Below, in pieces: positions 23,923 through 37,091 of a stretch of DNA of 64,000 nucleotides. Under the pieces are notes generated by a model. The model searched no databases. It was not told where the DNA came from and saw nothing but the letters and a program-made list of their open reading frames with translations. A program made the translations under genes and the position numbers. Source of the DNA: Octopus sinensis (lineage: Eukaryota); the NCBI RefSeq assembly GCF_006345805.1, contig NC_043000.1:120776001-120840000 (forward strand), given 5' to 3'. Numbering within the stretch: the first letter of the stretch is position 1; each line of letters begins with the position of its first letter.

Positions 23923-24251
23923 TGTGTGTGTGTGTGTTTGGAGAAGGGGAGAGAGACAAAAAGAGAAAAGGGAAAATAAAAATAATAATAATAAAAATAA
24001 AAAATATATACACATATATACAAAAATATATACACACATATTTTCTCTCTGTCTCACTTCCTCCTCACCCACTACTACGAAACTATAAAAAGGTTCAAAC
24101 TACCCACAACTGATTTGATTTGAAAACCCACTAGAATGGGAGCAAGCGCTAATCCGAATGATATGATATATATGTAAAAAATGTAATATATAAATAAATA
24201 TCTACAAATATGAACCATCTGATCTGATTACCTCAATTTTTCTAATATATA
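23425..24251. mobile_element. Fold-back element with 222-bp apparently identical inverted arms
   Basis: 23425-23646 vs 24030-24251, no mismatch seen by eye; ~380-bp spacer with (TG)n; (AT)n on both flanks. Confidence 0.85.
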
Positions 24252-24278
24252 ATACCTGTACATCATCTCCAAACCTTC

Positions 24279-24325
<47 letters not shown>

Positions 24326-24946
24326 ATATATCACTTCTCACAAAACGACGAAGAAAGAAATCATGGATTTTTTTTTTTGAGAAAAACAGAATAGATGTGA
24401 CAAAGGCTCTTATGGATGCAAGTATCAGTAAGTGTCAACAATGTTTTGAACTTAAACTGTAGAAGCAAGAGTGACAGCATGCCATGCATTGACTACCAGG
24501 AGGCTGTTATCAGCGCGTAAGTTAGCCTGGAAAATCATTAAAATTATAATCATTAAGATTATATGACAAATAATTCTGCATATTCGCAAAATGAAAAAAG
24601 AAAAGGAAATATATACATCGAGAAAACTCCAATAGGTATGGTATATATTCTAAGTTAACAACCAGTTTTCACTCCATTTCTCCCTTGCTTTAACACCTTT
24701 AAGTGACATATTAAATAATAATGCGCGCTAATAGAAATACTGTCAGAGAATGATGTTAAGTTGTAAGTGGCTGATTATAGACAATTAGAGATACAGCCAG
24801 AAATATTACACTGGATTATCAAAAGCATTGATATGGGATTCGCATTAGAAAAATGCACACCAAGGCAAACCTGAAGAGAGGAAAACTAAGAACGTGACAA
24901 TGATATTTGTTAAAGAAATTAGAACGGACACAAACTTACATATATT

Positions 24947-25890
24947 CTTTTCTACTCTAGGCACAAGGCCTGAAATTTTGGGGGAGGGAGTCAGTCGTTT
25001 AGATCGACGCCAGTACGCAATTGGTACTTAATTTATCGACTCCGAAAGGATGAAAGGCAAAGTCGACCTCGGCGGAATTTGAACTCAGAACTTAAAGACA
25101 GACGAAATAACAAGCGTAAATATTATATTCTTTTCTACTCTAGGCACAATAGCAGAAATTTTTGGGATTGGGGCCAATCGATTAGATCGACACCAGCATG
25201 CAACTGGTACTTAATATATTGACCCCGAAATGATGAAAGGCAAAGTCGACTTCGGCGGAATTTGAACTTAGAACGTAGCGGCAGACGAAATACCTATTTC
25301 TTTACTACCCACTAGAAGCTAAACATTGAGGGGAAAAACAAGGACAGACAAACGGATTAAGTCGATTACATCGACCCCAGTGTGTAACTGATACTTAATT
25401 TATCGACCACGAAATGATGAAAGGCAAAGTCGACCTCAGCGGAATTCGAACTTATAACGTAGCGGCAGACGAAATACCTATTTCTTTTTTACCCACAAAG
25501 GGCTAAACACAGAGGAAACAAACAAGGACAGACAAACGGATGAAGTCGATTACATCGACGTCAGTGCGTAACTGGTACTTAATTTATCGACCACGAAATG
25601 ATGAAAGGCAAAGTCGACTTCGGCGGAATTTGAACTCAGAACTTAAAGACAGACGAAATAACAAGCGTAAATATTATATTCTTTTCTACTCTAGGCACAA
25701 TAGCAGAAATTTTTGGGATTGGGGCCAATCGATTAGATCGACACCAGCATGCAACTGGTACTTAATTTATCGACCCCGAAAGGATGAAAGGCAAAGTTGA
25801 CCTCGGCGGAATTTGAACTCAGAACGTAGCGGCAGACGAAATATCGCCAAGCATTTCGCCCGGCGTGCTAACGTCTCTGCCCGCTCGCCG
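24947..25890 (-). mobile_element. SINE family A tandem array (about five bodies)
   Basis: Single head at ~25890, alternating tails, internal ~550-bp-period duplication. Confidence 0.85.
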
Positions 25891-26554
25891 CTGTATAAAC
25901 TTCCATATATTGAGGAATCAATGAGGTATGCGAAGCACAACACAAATAATAGAACATTTAGGAAAGACAATTATAAATGCATTTGATTAATCTTCCAACA
26001 GAGTTAGGTACAAATAAATAAGTAAATAAATAAGATAAAATAGGAGGATGCTAGTCTTAATAATACATTATATTTATAATACTCTCAGTTGAAACTAAAT
26101 TACTTAGCAAGAGTTGACAGGAAAACAAAAAAAGAATGACAACTTAAAAATTTATCATCCGAAATCTGATCGGTAATGGCCTTATGCAAATAATATTCTT
26201 TCATGAAATATCTATTGTAGGACTAAAAACATATGTCTAGTAAAGGAGAACAAATGGAGAATAAATTTACAGAAGTTCAAAGAGTTAAATAAAAATTGTT
26301 TCATCTTCAAGATAGAAGAGATATAAAAACCTGGAGCTAACATGACATTTTTTGCTGTGAGCGAAATGGAGAAATAAATAGAGAAAATATATAAAAGAGA
26401 AAACTTAGCTAAAAATATTCTTACAATATGTCATCATGACGCAATGGCAGAATATGCTTGACCAAATAACTGCGAAGATATAGATAAAAGAAAATTCCAA
26501 CACTGGCTGAAAAGTTCAGGACTGCAAACTGAGACGTCAAGATTATTAATTATA

Positions 26555-26785
26555 TATTTCTTTACTATCCACAAGGGGCTTAAACACAGAGGGGACAAAC
26601 AAGGACAAACAAAGGGATTAAGTCGATTACATCGACCCAGTCCGAAACTGGTACTTTACTTATCGACCCCGAGAGGATGAAAGGCAAAGTCGACCTCGGC
26701 GGAATTTGAACTCAGAACGTAACGACAGACGAATTACCGCTAAGCATTTCGCCCGACGTGCTAACGTTTCTGCCAGCTCACCGCC
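26555..26785 (-). mobile_element. SINE family A, full monomer
   Basis: GGCGGTGAGCTGGCAG head through GTAAAGAAATA tail. Confidence 0.9.
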
Positions 26786-26804
26786 TCACTACGAAGTAAC
26801 ACAC

Positions 26805-26878
26805 TGCCCCAAGTGAGGTTCGAACTCACGACTTCTGGTTTACGAAACCAGTGCTCTAAACCACTGAGCTATTGGAGC
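26805..26878 (-). tRNA. trnT-CGU: tRNA-Thr(CGT), complete cloverleaf
   Basis: GCTCCAA TA GCTC AGTGGTTTA GAGC A CTGGT TTCGTAA ACCAG AAGTC GTGAG TTCGAAC CTCAC TTGGGGC A; all four stems pair (one G-U); A and B boxes intact. Confidence 0.9.
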
Positions 26879-27848
26879 TCCACAAGATTATTATTAATTA
26901 TAGCTTAGAATGAGAAGCATTCTAGCAGTAACAAACAAAAGTAAATAATGAAACAGAATACAGTAAACCACAGTAGATTATGTGCAGGTTGGTAAGAAAT
27001 AGTGGACTTCCTTCTCAAGGGATTGCAGTCTTAGGCGAGTTAAAATGCATCCACAAGCATGATAGTTGGGACTTGCACTGGAGTTTATCTGAAGATTATG
27101 AAATGCCAACAGGAGAGTGAATGAATTAATATTCCGAAACAAGGACGAATCCACAATGATGTGTGATATTTCAGTACAAGCAGGCAAAGAGGTCAGATGT
27201 AATGACGCCGTCATTCTTGCTATGAATCATTCGAAACAAGTGCCTCCTAGTTAAAGCATCATGCACAATCAGACGATGATGTACGCTTCTCAAAAAATGC
27301 AGAAATGATTTAGAGATAAAGAAAAAAGCTACAGCTAAATGTTATATGAACACGGATACTGAAAACAAGCAATCTTAATTAGAAAAGATTAAACCATGCA
27401 GATAAAGGAATAACCAAGATTCCAGCTTTCCGAATAGCAGAGCATAGAGAAAATAGCTCTACAAGGAACTTCACACGTTTCTAACACATTTGTGATACAA
27501 TAAAACTACAAAATCGAAACAAATCATCAATCTATAGTTTATTGATGGTCTCCTCCTTCCTCAGTAACTATTATATGCAGCACAGAGCAAGAAGCAATTT
27601 CATAGGCGCTGTCTATACTCAGAGTCGTGGATATGGTTCAGTGGAGGCGCAGCTATGGCTTTTGCTGTTTCTTCTCCTCCTAAGCAAAAAAGTATTTGTG
27701 AATCTTCCTCTAACTCATGCCATTCCAGTAATTTCTGCCCTAAAACACCATTCTAACTTTCTTTCTCTTTTCATCCACAATGGAGTACAATCCTGGCATA
27801 GATATGTCATACTCGAGAGTCATTCTAATATATATATTGTTAAATGTA

Positions 27849-28062
27849 AGGCGGCGAGCTGGCAGAACCGTTAGCACGCAGGGCGAAATGCGTAGCTGTA
27901 TTTCGTCTGCCGTTACGTTCTGAGTTCAAATTCCGCCGAGGTCCACTTTGCCTTTCATCCTTTCGGGATCGATAAATTAAGTACCAGTTGCGCACTGGGG
28001 TCGATGTAATCGACTTAATCCGTTGGTCTGTTCTTGTTTGTCCTCTCTGCGTTTAGACCCTT
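27849..28062 (+). mobile_element. SINE family A
   Basis: Head and body match; tail truncated. Confidence 0.85.
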
Positions 28063-28564
28063 GTTAAATTTTTCCTTTTCGCTCACTGGCCCTGCGTACG
28101 GCTCAGTAAAGTTAACCAATGTCAATGGCTCATGGATTCTTTACGGTACGCATGCAATTATCTGTGACTCTTGTATATTATTGCGGCTCCTGTTTGTGGC
28201 TAGACTTGTAGCACATCAGGCGCTTGTTTTCTCACCCCTGTCCTCTCTCAAAAACTAGACACTCACTTTCATAAAACCTTTCCTCATGGATGATGTCCAC
28301 ATACTAAACGCCGATCAGTATCACCCTCTAACTACTGCTTTGATGGGATATGGAATTCCCTTCTACTTTTCGAGCGGCAGAACTACTTTCCTATCTTTTT
28401 CTTCTTCGTCCACCATATCGTATAATAATGTTTCTGGTGTATTTCCCCTTTCCTTGGAATTGGTTGGTATACAATCAATTTCTCTAATTGCGCTCATGAT
28501 GCTGTAGCTGCTTTTATAATTAAAGGTATTAGCGATTCTACAACAAATGATTTTCATTTTTGTT

Positions 28565-28856
28565 TACTCTTTTACTTCTTTCAGTCATTTGACTGCGGCC
28601 ATGCTGGAGCACCGATTTTAGTCGAGCAATCGACCGCCGATGCTGGGGGACATCACAGACACACAAACATATACACACACATATATATATATACGACGGC
28701 CTTCTATCAGTTTCCGTCTACCAAATCCACTCACAAGGCTTTGGTCGGCCCGAGGTTATAATACAAGACACTTGCCCAAAGTGCAACGCAGTGGGACCGA
28801 ACCCGGAACCATGTGGCTGGTAAGCAAGCTACTTTCCACATAGTCACTCCTGCGCC
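28565..28856 (-). mobile_element. SINE family B, internally deleted
   Basis: Head, microsatellite and tail present; middle missing. Confidence 0.8.
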
Positions 28857-30387
28857 TGTTTGTTAAAGTTTAAATTCTGTGTTCATATCTATGTCTAATA
28901 CTACATTTATTAACAGTCTTTATTTTTTTTACATTAGTAAAATTTTAAGAAATATTTTTCAAAGCAGGAAGTCCGAATTCTTAATCCCCTATTAGTGCGA
29001 TTTTCCAACGGAGCCTACAGAAAGTCATGAATAACAAATATTTTCTTGTTCCGTGACAAACCTTATTTCTCCAACGATTCCTGCTTAGTGGGAGCGAACA
29101 CTTGAACATTCTCGAATATTTTGCTGACAAAATAATATATAAAAAATGAGAACCCTTTTTACCATCGAGAGAAAGATACTCTGATAAACACAGCCTTTTA
29201 TTGCAAACACCAAAAACAACAACAACAATAACAACATCAGGATCGATGCAAATAATGGTAATGATAATGATAGGGTAATCTGTTTCAGTCTCCTAATTTT
29301 TTCCCTGTTAACAACCGAACATCGTTGTTTTGTGGGCTTTTTGTGTTTGAATAACAGTCTTTTTATTCAATTATAGACTTGATGTGTTGGCGACATTTTC
29401 AAAGGACTCCTCTGTGTTTGCAGACTAACAAAAATATATGTTGTATATATTTTCCAATTGATCTTTTTCCTCCTGTTTATGTGTTTTCAAATGGCAAGTC
29501 GTTGTCCCAGTTAAGCTTCAATATTTCTTTGGCCTCCTATTGAATGTACTTGTCAAGTTAATGATATAAATGTGAAGAAAGAATTAGCTCCGTGTTATTT
29601 ATTAACGCCTCTTTCATGAGGTTAAATATTTGGTACAGGCCAGCCATCGTTGCTATTATGTTTCATTGAACATAAAAGAACATAAATAATGCAGAAGAAA
29701 TTTTGAATATAATGCGAATGAAAAAGACGAAATCCTATTTATGTGCAGTCATTTAAAGTTTATCTATCTTTATACAGCATTCCTAGTTGATTGAAAAGCT
29801 TGGTATATCCAACTTCTAATGTGTTCTTCGCATTGTAGTCTAACCACAAAGGAAGGTTTGTGTGTGAATTAACAACGTTATTGCTATCATTGTGCCATGG
29901 GCAGATCCAAAGACCAGGAATTGGATGATCCGACAGTACTTAATTTAAAAACTAAAGGTATAGAAACCTCGGCCAAAATCTACATTAAGTGATTTCAAAT
30001 TACTTTAAACAGATCTAAAGTAATTCAATTCTTATCAAGTTACTAATGGAGTAATATGCAACTTTCAAGTCTTAGAACTCGTATGGAGATAACTGAGAAA
30101 ACTACAAAGAAACGACATTTCATCTAGAATGCAAATACAACAATTGAGGGTGTTTCATATTTCCGACGTATTACAAGTCCTCTTTGACCGTCGCTCAAAC
30201 TGATACTTGCTTTTGTGGAATTTATGAATACGTTGCATAAATGTACCTGTTATACTCGACTTTAGATTTATCTGTGTATCCATCTTTGATGTGGTTCTTC
30301 ATCTACTTAACCTCGTGTGTTTTACCTACTAATGATACTAGCTATCATAATGCTACCTATTTCATGGTTAGATAATAGGATGGTAGA

Positions 30388-30560
30388 TTTCTAAATGCTG
30401 GTGTGATTACGTCCCCGTAACTTAGCGGTTCGGCAAAAGAGATCCGATAGAATAAGTACTAGGCTTACAAAGAATAAGTTCTGGGGTCGATTTGCTTGAC
30501 TAAAAGGCGGTGCTCCAGCATGGCCACAATCAAATGACTGAAACAAGTAAAAGAGTAAAA
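30388..30560 (+). mobile_element. SINE family B 3' half
   Basis: Matches B tail. Confidence 0.8.
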
Positions 30561-30811
30561 ACTAAAAGAATGTAGATATCCCTTTTATAAGTAGAACTTT
30601 GAATGTAAGAAAATGTTATTCCAACTGAAAATATATTCTTTAATAATAGAATGGAGAGATATTTTTGTAATGGTTTGGGGTTTGCTGAAATATGATGAGC
30701 AAAATGTACCGTATTGGTTTCAAATTTTGGCAGGACGCCAAGAATTTTAGGTAAGGGAATAAGTAGCATACTTCGATCCCAGTGTCCAAATGGTATTTAT
30801 TTTATCGATAT

Positions 30812-31045
30812 AAGGCAGCGAGCTGGCAGAAACGTGAGCACCCCGGACGAAATGGTTAGTGGTATTTCGTCTGCCGTTACGTTCTGAGTTCAAATTCCGC
30901 CGAGGTCGACTTTGCCTTTCATCCCTTCGGGGTCGATTAAATAAGTACCAGTTACGTACTGAGGTCGATATAATCGACATAATCCGTTTGTCTGTCCTTG
31001 TTTGTCCTTTCTGTGTTTAGCCCCTTGTGGGTAGTAAAGAAATAG
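30812..31045 (+). mobile_element. SINE family A nested in an older minus-strand SINE
   Basis: Flanking direct repeat GGTATTTATTTTATCGA. Confidence 0.85.
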
Positions 31046-31856
31046 GTATTTATTTTATCGACAGCAAAATAATGAAAGGTAAGGCTGACCACGGCGGGAT
31101 TTGAACTGAGGACGTTAAGACGGAAGAAATGCCGCTAAGCGTTTCTCCCGGCGCGCTAACAATTCTGCCATGTCGCAGATAATGGACATAGGTCACAGTT
31201 TAGTGTTGAGTCAAACACAAAAGTATTACAGGTTTCATGGTGCCTAAAATTAACTTAAATTCAGTGATACATTACGGACTGATTTCCAGTATAATATGTT
31301 CAAATGGTTTAACAAGTAAGCCATTCGCTATCTGAATTATTATCAAGATTTGTGCCCAAACTAGCGATTATGATAACTGGAAAGTAATCGGCAGACAAAG
31401 CACAAAAGACATACTAATTAATTCAAAGTGAGTGAAATGCGAAGATTGGATGATATGCTCGTGATATTTTGAGAGGAATAGTTTGTACATAAGGCTTGCG
31501 GGAAGAACTAACTGGGGAATAAAATAATTAGAATTTGCCAAACAATTCATCAGTACAAACTGTCAAGAACAATAATATAATCTTCGTTGGTGGGATATTT
31601 AAGAATTACATCGATTTTATTCTCCTCCATTTAAAGATATTATTCGATTATAAATGGAGCCAAATTTCCAGTGCTTCCAGATGCAGTGATAGACAGCATT
31701 CTTAAATTTTTAATATTGATATAAATTATCTTCGCCTTAGTCAGATGAGATACTTGGGAAATAACCCAAAATATTTTTAAAGGCTCTTATTTCTTAAAAT
31801 ATTTGTTGCATTTCGCAAGTTTCATTGCACCAATGTTAAACATACGCACTGGTTCT

Positions 31857-32270
31857 TATTCTCTATTGCCCACAAGGATCTAAGCATTGCGGGGACAAAC
31901 AAGAACAGACAAACGGATTAAGTCGATTATATAGACCCCAGTGCGTAACTGGTTCTTATTTAATCGATCCCAATTGGATGAAAGCAAAGTCGACCTCGGC
32001 AGAATTTGAACTCAGAACGTAGCAGCAGAAGAAATACCTATTTCTTTACTACCCACAATGGTCTAAACAGAGAGAGGGCAAATAAGGACAGACAAAGGCA
32101 TTAAGTCGATTATATCGACCCTAGTGCGTAACTGGTACTTAATTTATCGACCCCGAAAGGCTGAAAGGCAAAGTCGACCTCGGTGGAAATTTAACTCAGA
32201 ACGTAACGGCAGACGAAATACCGCTAAGCATTTCGCCCGGCGTGCTAACAATTCTGCCAGCTCGCCGCCT
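31857..32270 (-). mobile_element. SINE family A dimer with TSD
   Basis: Flanking AACATACGYACTGGTTCT at ~31839 and ~32272. Confidence 0.85.
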
Positions 32271-33057
32271 TAACATACGTACTGGTTCTATTTCACTGCT
32301 TTAATTATTATCAGTCAATTTAACATTTAACCAATTAACTAATCGTTTAATCAATCGGTAAGTGAGTAGGTTTGTCAAAGTGCTTTCGTCGCTATCCGCG
32401 ACCCAAACCATGGAAATTTTTTTTCTACTTCAGATCGTGTGGTGCACCTGAGCACTGTATACAATAATTTCATTATTATTACTTTTTTTATTATCTGCGA
32501 CAGGCTGTCTGTCTATTTCCTTGCTATTTCTGCAATAATAATTTCACTATTACCTTTTCTAGTCCTCCTGTCAGTCTTTTGAGAGTAGTGAACAGCAAGA
32601 CATAAAATCCTAGTTCTGCTGATATGATAGGTATACGTGCTTGTTGTTTTTTTAGGGTATGGAAATCATCGCCTTCTACAGTTCAATTAATACAGATGAC
32701 GATGCAGTCGATATGATAGTAGAGGCGTTTCACATTTCAAAAATGCAGCTTCTCTTGATATTTCATTGTTTTTACATACAAATTGTTGAACTGGAAATTT
32801 AATGAATAAATCAATGTACTCGCCCTTTTCAACTGTAATTTCAAAAATTGTAGTCATGATCTCGATGCCACACTGATGAGATTTAGAATTCGAAATCAGT
32901 TGGAACTTCATGAATTTGTTATTAACGACTAAATAAAAAAAAGATAATACAAAAAACACTACCTTTTTGTTGATCGTCTGGAAATACATTTTATTTATAT
33001 GCTTATAATTCATAGAATAAGTTAAAGCACTAGCACTTCATAAAAAAAAAAAAAACG

Positions 33058-33450
33058 TCTGCGAGCTGGCAGAATCGTTAGCACGTCGGGCTAAATGCTT
33101 AGCGGTATTTCGTCTGCCATTTCGTTCTGAGTTCAAATTCCACCGAGGTCGACTTTACCTTTCATCCTTTCGGGGTCGATAAATTAAGTACCACTCAAGC
33201 ACTGGGGTTGATATAATCGACTTAATCCGTGTGTCCCCTCTATGTTTAGCCTCTTGTGGGTAGTAAAGAAATAGGTATTTCGTCTGCTGCTACGTTCTAA
33301 GTTCAAATTCCACCGAGGTCAACTTTGCTTTTCATCCTTTCGGAGTCGATAAATTAAGTACCAATTGCGTGCTGGTGTCGATCTAAACGACTGACTCCCT
33401 CCCCAAAAATTTCGGGCCGTATGCCTAGAGTAAAAGAGTGTTTAGCCTCT
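33058..33450 (+). mobile_element. SINE family A dimer
   Basis: Tail-1 unit then tail-2 unit. Confidence 0.8.
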
Positions 33451-34535
33451 TGTGAAAGACAATCTAAAAGAGGAGAAAAGACTCCATTAGAACGTACATC
33501 TTTACAAGATATCAGAGCAGGTATTACTAGATTATTTCCAGAATTTCTACAATATTTTATGTCCAGCCATAATTATCACATTCCTGTATCATTATTTCGA
33601 ATTGTTTGTATAAATTATATAAAATGCATCTAACAAGATGCAGCTTTCTGTTCTTTATCGTAAAACCAATAAGTGTATATCATTATATGCATAATGCTGT
33701 GTTTTTACGTACTAAATAAGAATTATAGTCATCGCCTTTTGTTATTTCGCGATTTTTTAAAAAAGGATGATTAGATTTAAACGAATAAAAAAACACCAGC
33801 AACAGCAAGCAATGCATGTTGAAACATGCACCATGTATGAATATATTTAAGAAGATTATAACATAGCCTTATTTGTTTTTAATAGAGTGTTGTAACATGA
33901 TACTGTATGAACGATATTCGAAGATACTGATTGTTCCTCAGATTCAAATTAGTCAAGAAGAACCTAAATATAAGAATAAAATATGATCGTCAAAAATTTA
34001 AAGACTTTAACATAACAGAATTTAAAACAGAGATATGAGGAAAATTTGCACCTTTATTATTATTAGATGCAAATATTCAAGAACTGAGAGGAACCTTTGA
34101 AGAAATAATGACTGAGAACATTCTTGGAAGAAAATAAAAAGAAAGTTAAGAATCTTTGAATAAATGAAGCTGTTTTAATCAATTCTGATAAAAGAAAAGA
34201 TCTGAAACAAATGACATGGAAAGGAAACTTTAGAAAATGAATTTGGATTGGTCAATTGGGAAGTAAAAAATGAAATGAGGAAATGAAATAGAGCGGCAAA
34301 TGAGTAGAGTTAATGGATCTTCGTCATTTTCGACGATGAAGATTCCGTTTTTTCACCAGCTGAATTATTACCAGCTCGTTGAATTAATGTGAGTGTGGAT
34401 GTGTATTCTGCAAATACGTAACTTTAATATGATATATAAAATCGGAACGAGATTGAGCGCGACAAGGGTCGAGTTTCGAATTACAAGTATAGTCCGTCCA
34501 TCGGGTTTCTGGATACTTCCATTTATCCAACTTCA

Positions 34536-34927
34536 TCTTTATATATAAAAGTGAGGTTGTGTGCTGTCTGTCTCCTACGATTTAGATTCCTAACTACTCC
34601 CACATTTTGCGGTGCAGTTTAACCAAAACCGGGTATCTTATAGTCGTGATTCATATTGAGCCCTTCTGGATATTAGCGCGCGTCTACGATGAGTCTAAGA
34701 TTAAAAAAAAAATTACCATCAATTTTTCTCATTTTTAATGCATTTCTGGCATATATAAGGGAGGTAACTCTCTAAAAATTTATTATTAAATCTCAGAACG
34801 TAAAATGCTACAGTAACCCCCCCTTGGTGGTTAGCCATATTGAGATAGCTATTATACTTTACATCTCTAAAAATGCTATATAGTTATTTCCCTTACAAAC
34901 CCGAGCAACGCCGGGCGATACTGCTAG
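34536..34927 (+). mobile_element. Non-autonomous Helitron
   Basis: A|TC..CTAG|T junctions, subterminal hairpin CCCGAGCAACGCCGGG, no TSD. Confidence 0.8.
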
Positions 34928-35399
34928 TATATTATAAAAGATGACATGTCCAAGAGGTCACGTAATGGAATTAATTTCTGGACATCCTGATTCTGAAACA
35001 AGCTTCCTGGTCATTCGGTCATACTGCAGAGGTCTCATTGATTACTGAATGTATTGAAGACAAATATTTCAAAACGGCAAATATCAAATGTTTAAAAACT
35101 ATAACCGAAAATAAGCATGCAATTGTTATTTTAGATATGAATATGACAACATGCCATCTATAGCAAATGAAGACAGATATAAAGGAAGATACCATTCTGA
35201 AAAGTGTTTCACCCAGAGCAATATATATTAAATTGCTAAAATAGTTTAGAAACGAAAATTCTGTTTAAAATACAGTAAAATCCAGATTTCACCCAAGAAA
35301 AATAAAGCACAGGTACAGTGTTTTGAAACTCAAAAAATCCCTTCAATATCTTGCAAAAGGGTAAAGCTGTTAAAGTTTAAGCCAACCATTCTTAGATAA

Positions 35400-35630
35400 A
35401 GGCGGCAAGCTGGCAGAAACGTGAGTAGGTCGGACGAAATGCTTTGCGGTATTTCGTCTGCCGTAACGTTCTGAGTTCAAATTCAGCCGAGGTCGACTTT
35501 GCCTTTCATCCTTTCGGGGTCGATAAATTAAGTACCAGTTACACACTGGGGTCGGTGCAATTGCCTTAATCCGTTTGTCTGTCCTTGTGTGTCCCCTCTA
35601 TGTTTAGCCCCTTGTGGGCAATAAAAAAAT
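35400..35630 (+). mobile_element. SINE family A
   Basis: Full monomer. Confidence 0.85.
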
Positions 35631-36164
35631 AACCTACTTAGATAATCCCGACTATCTCATCTTTTCTCATTTTGCCATTATTTCCATCCCACAGTTCCTA
35701 ATTCTCAGAACGTCATCTCTTTATCTTGAAATTCTTTCTACACTTATGTCTTTCATACAGTTGTTGAATTACAGTTCACGTTGAATATTAAGGCTATACG
35801 TTTAACCTGTTTCGGAGGGTTTCCAAACATCATGAACACCACTACCTCCTCCTGAATCAAGAAATGATGAATAAAAATTTATGCAAATACGGTAATTAAA
35901 ACTTTAAAAAAAATGACATATCAGAAAATGATTCTGTAAATGGCTATAAACAATAGCAAAATAGCATAAATCAAACCGAAAAATTCCGAAATAAACATTT
36001 AGTTTATAAGCCATGCCATACGACTTTATTTACTCGAATTAAACAAGCAAAGAAAATCTTATTTGAAGAAAGTGATTTGTTGCCACGGAAGGAGATATAG
36101 TGTGAAGTATATTTATAGCATTTGGAAAATGCAAGACAAGTTAATTTGGAAAACTACAAGACAT

Positions 36165-36305
36165 GCGCAGGAGTGGCTGTGTGGTAAAGTAGCTTGCTAA
36201 CCAGCCACATGATTCCGGGTTCAGTCCCACTGCGTGGCATCTTGGGCAAGTGTCTTCTGCTATAGCCCCGGGCCGCAGTCAAATAACTGAAACAAGTAAA
36301 AGAAA
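36165..36305 (+). mobile_element. SINE family B, head joined directly to tail
   Basis: GCAGGAGTGGCTGTGTGG..GGCCGCAGTCAAAT. Confidence 0.75.
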
Positions 36306-36444
36306 TAAAAATAACAAAAGAACATGTTCATCCATCAATGCCTTAATAATTGAAAAGAAAATTATTTTGCGAGGGCATGTCATGAGTTAACGTGTTCTGA
36401 AAATATATTGCAGCCTATGAATAGAGAGTATTATAAAACCATTC

Positions 36445-37035
36445 AGAGGCGCAGGTGTGGATGTGTGGTAAGAAGCTTGCTTCGCAATCACAAGATTTTG
36501 CGTTCGGTCCTAATACGTGGCATTGGGCATGTGCCCAACTACTAAATCTTGGGCCCGAACAATGCTTTGTGAGTGGATTTGGAAAACGGAAACGGAAAAA
36601 AGGCCCATCGTATATATATGTAAAGGGTGGTGAGATGGTAGAATCGTTAGCAAGCCGGTCGAAATGCTTAGAGGTATTTCGTCTGCCGCTACGTTGTGAG
36701 TTCAAATTCCGCCGAGGTCGACTTTGCCTTTCATTCTTTCGGGGTCGATTAAATAAGTATCAGTTACGCACTGTGGTTGATATAATCGACTTAATCCGTC
36801 TGTTTCTCCTTGTTTGTCTCCTCTGTGTTTAGCCCTTTGTGGGTAGTAAAGAAATAGGTATTTCGTCTGCCGTTGCGTTCTGAGTTCAAATTCCGCCGAG
36901 GTCGACTTTGCTTTTCGTCTTTTCGGGGTCAATTAAATAAGTAACAGTTACGCACTGGGGTCGATGTAATCGACTTAATCCGTTTGTCTGTCCTTGTTTG
37001 TCCCCTCTACGTTTAGCCCCCTGTAGGCAACAAAG

Positions 37036-37091
<56 letters not shown>

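Larger units (their letters stand above)
26380..27300 (+). mobile_element. Old R4-type fragment interrupted by the tRNA-SINE insertion
   Basis: WLKSSG(L)QTET left of the insert; KHD..LHWSL..Y.MP and TMMCDISV to the right. Confidence 0.45.

Noticed and set aside
21481-25890. Regularly repeated units resembling a CRISPR array
   Set aside because: Units are ~185-bp SINE bodies without unique spacers; eukaryotic context and no cas genes.
27542-28560. Moderately GC-rich segments that could be old LINE ORF1 or endonuclease
   Set aside because: No motif I can identify with confidence; many stops.
34311-34534. Minus-strand open frames (EYTSTLTLIQRAG..; TILVIRNSTLVALNLVPILYIILK)
   Set aside because: Short, mutually inconsistent frames, interrupted by a Helitron, with no recognisable homology.
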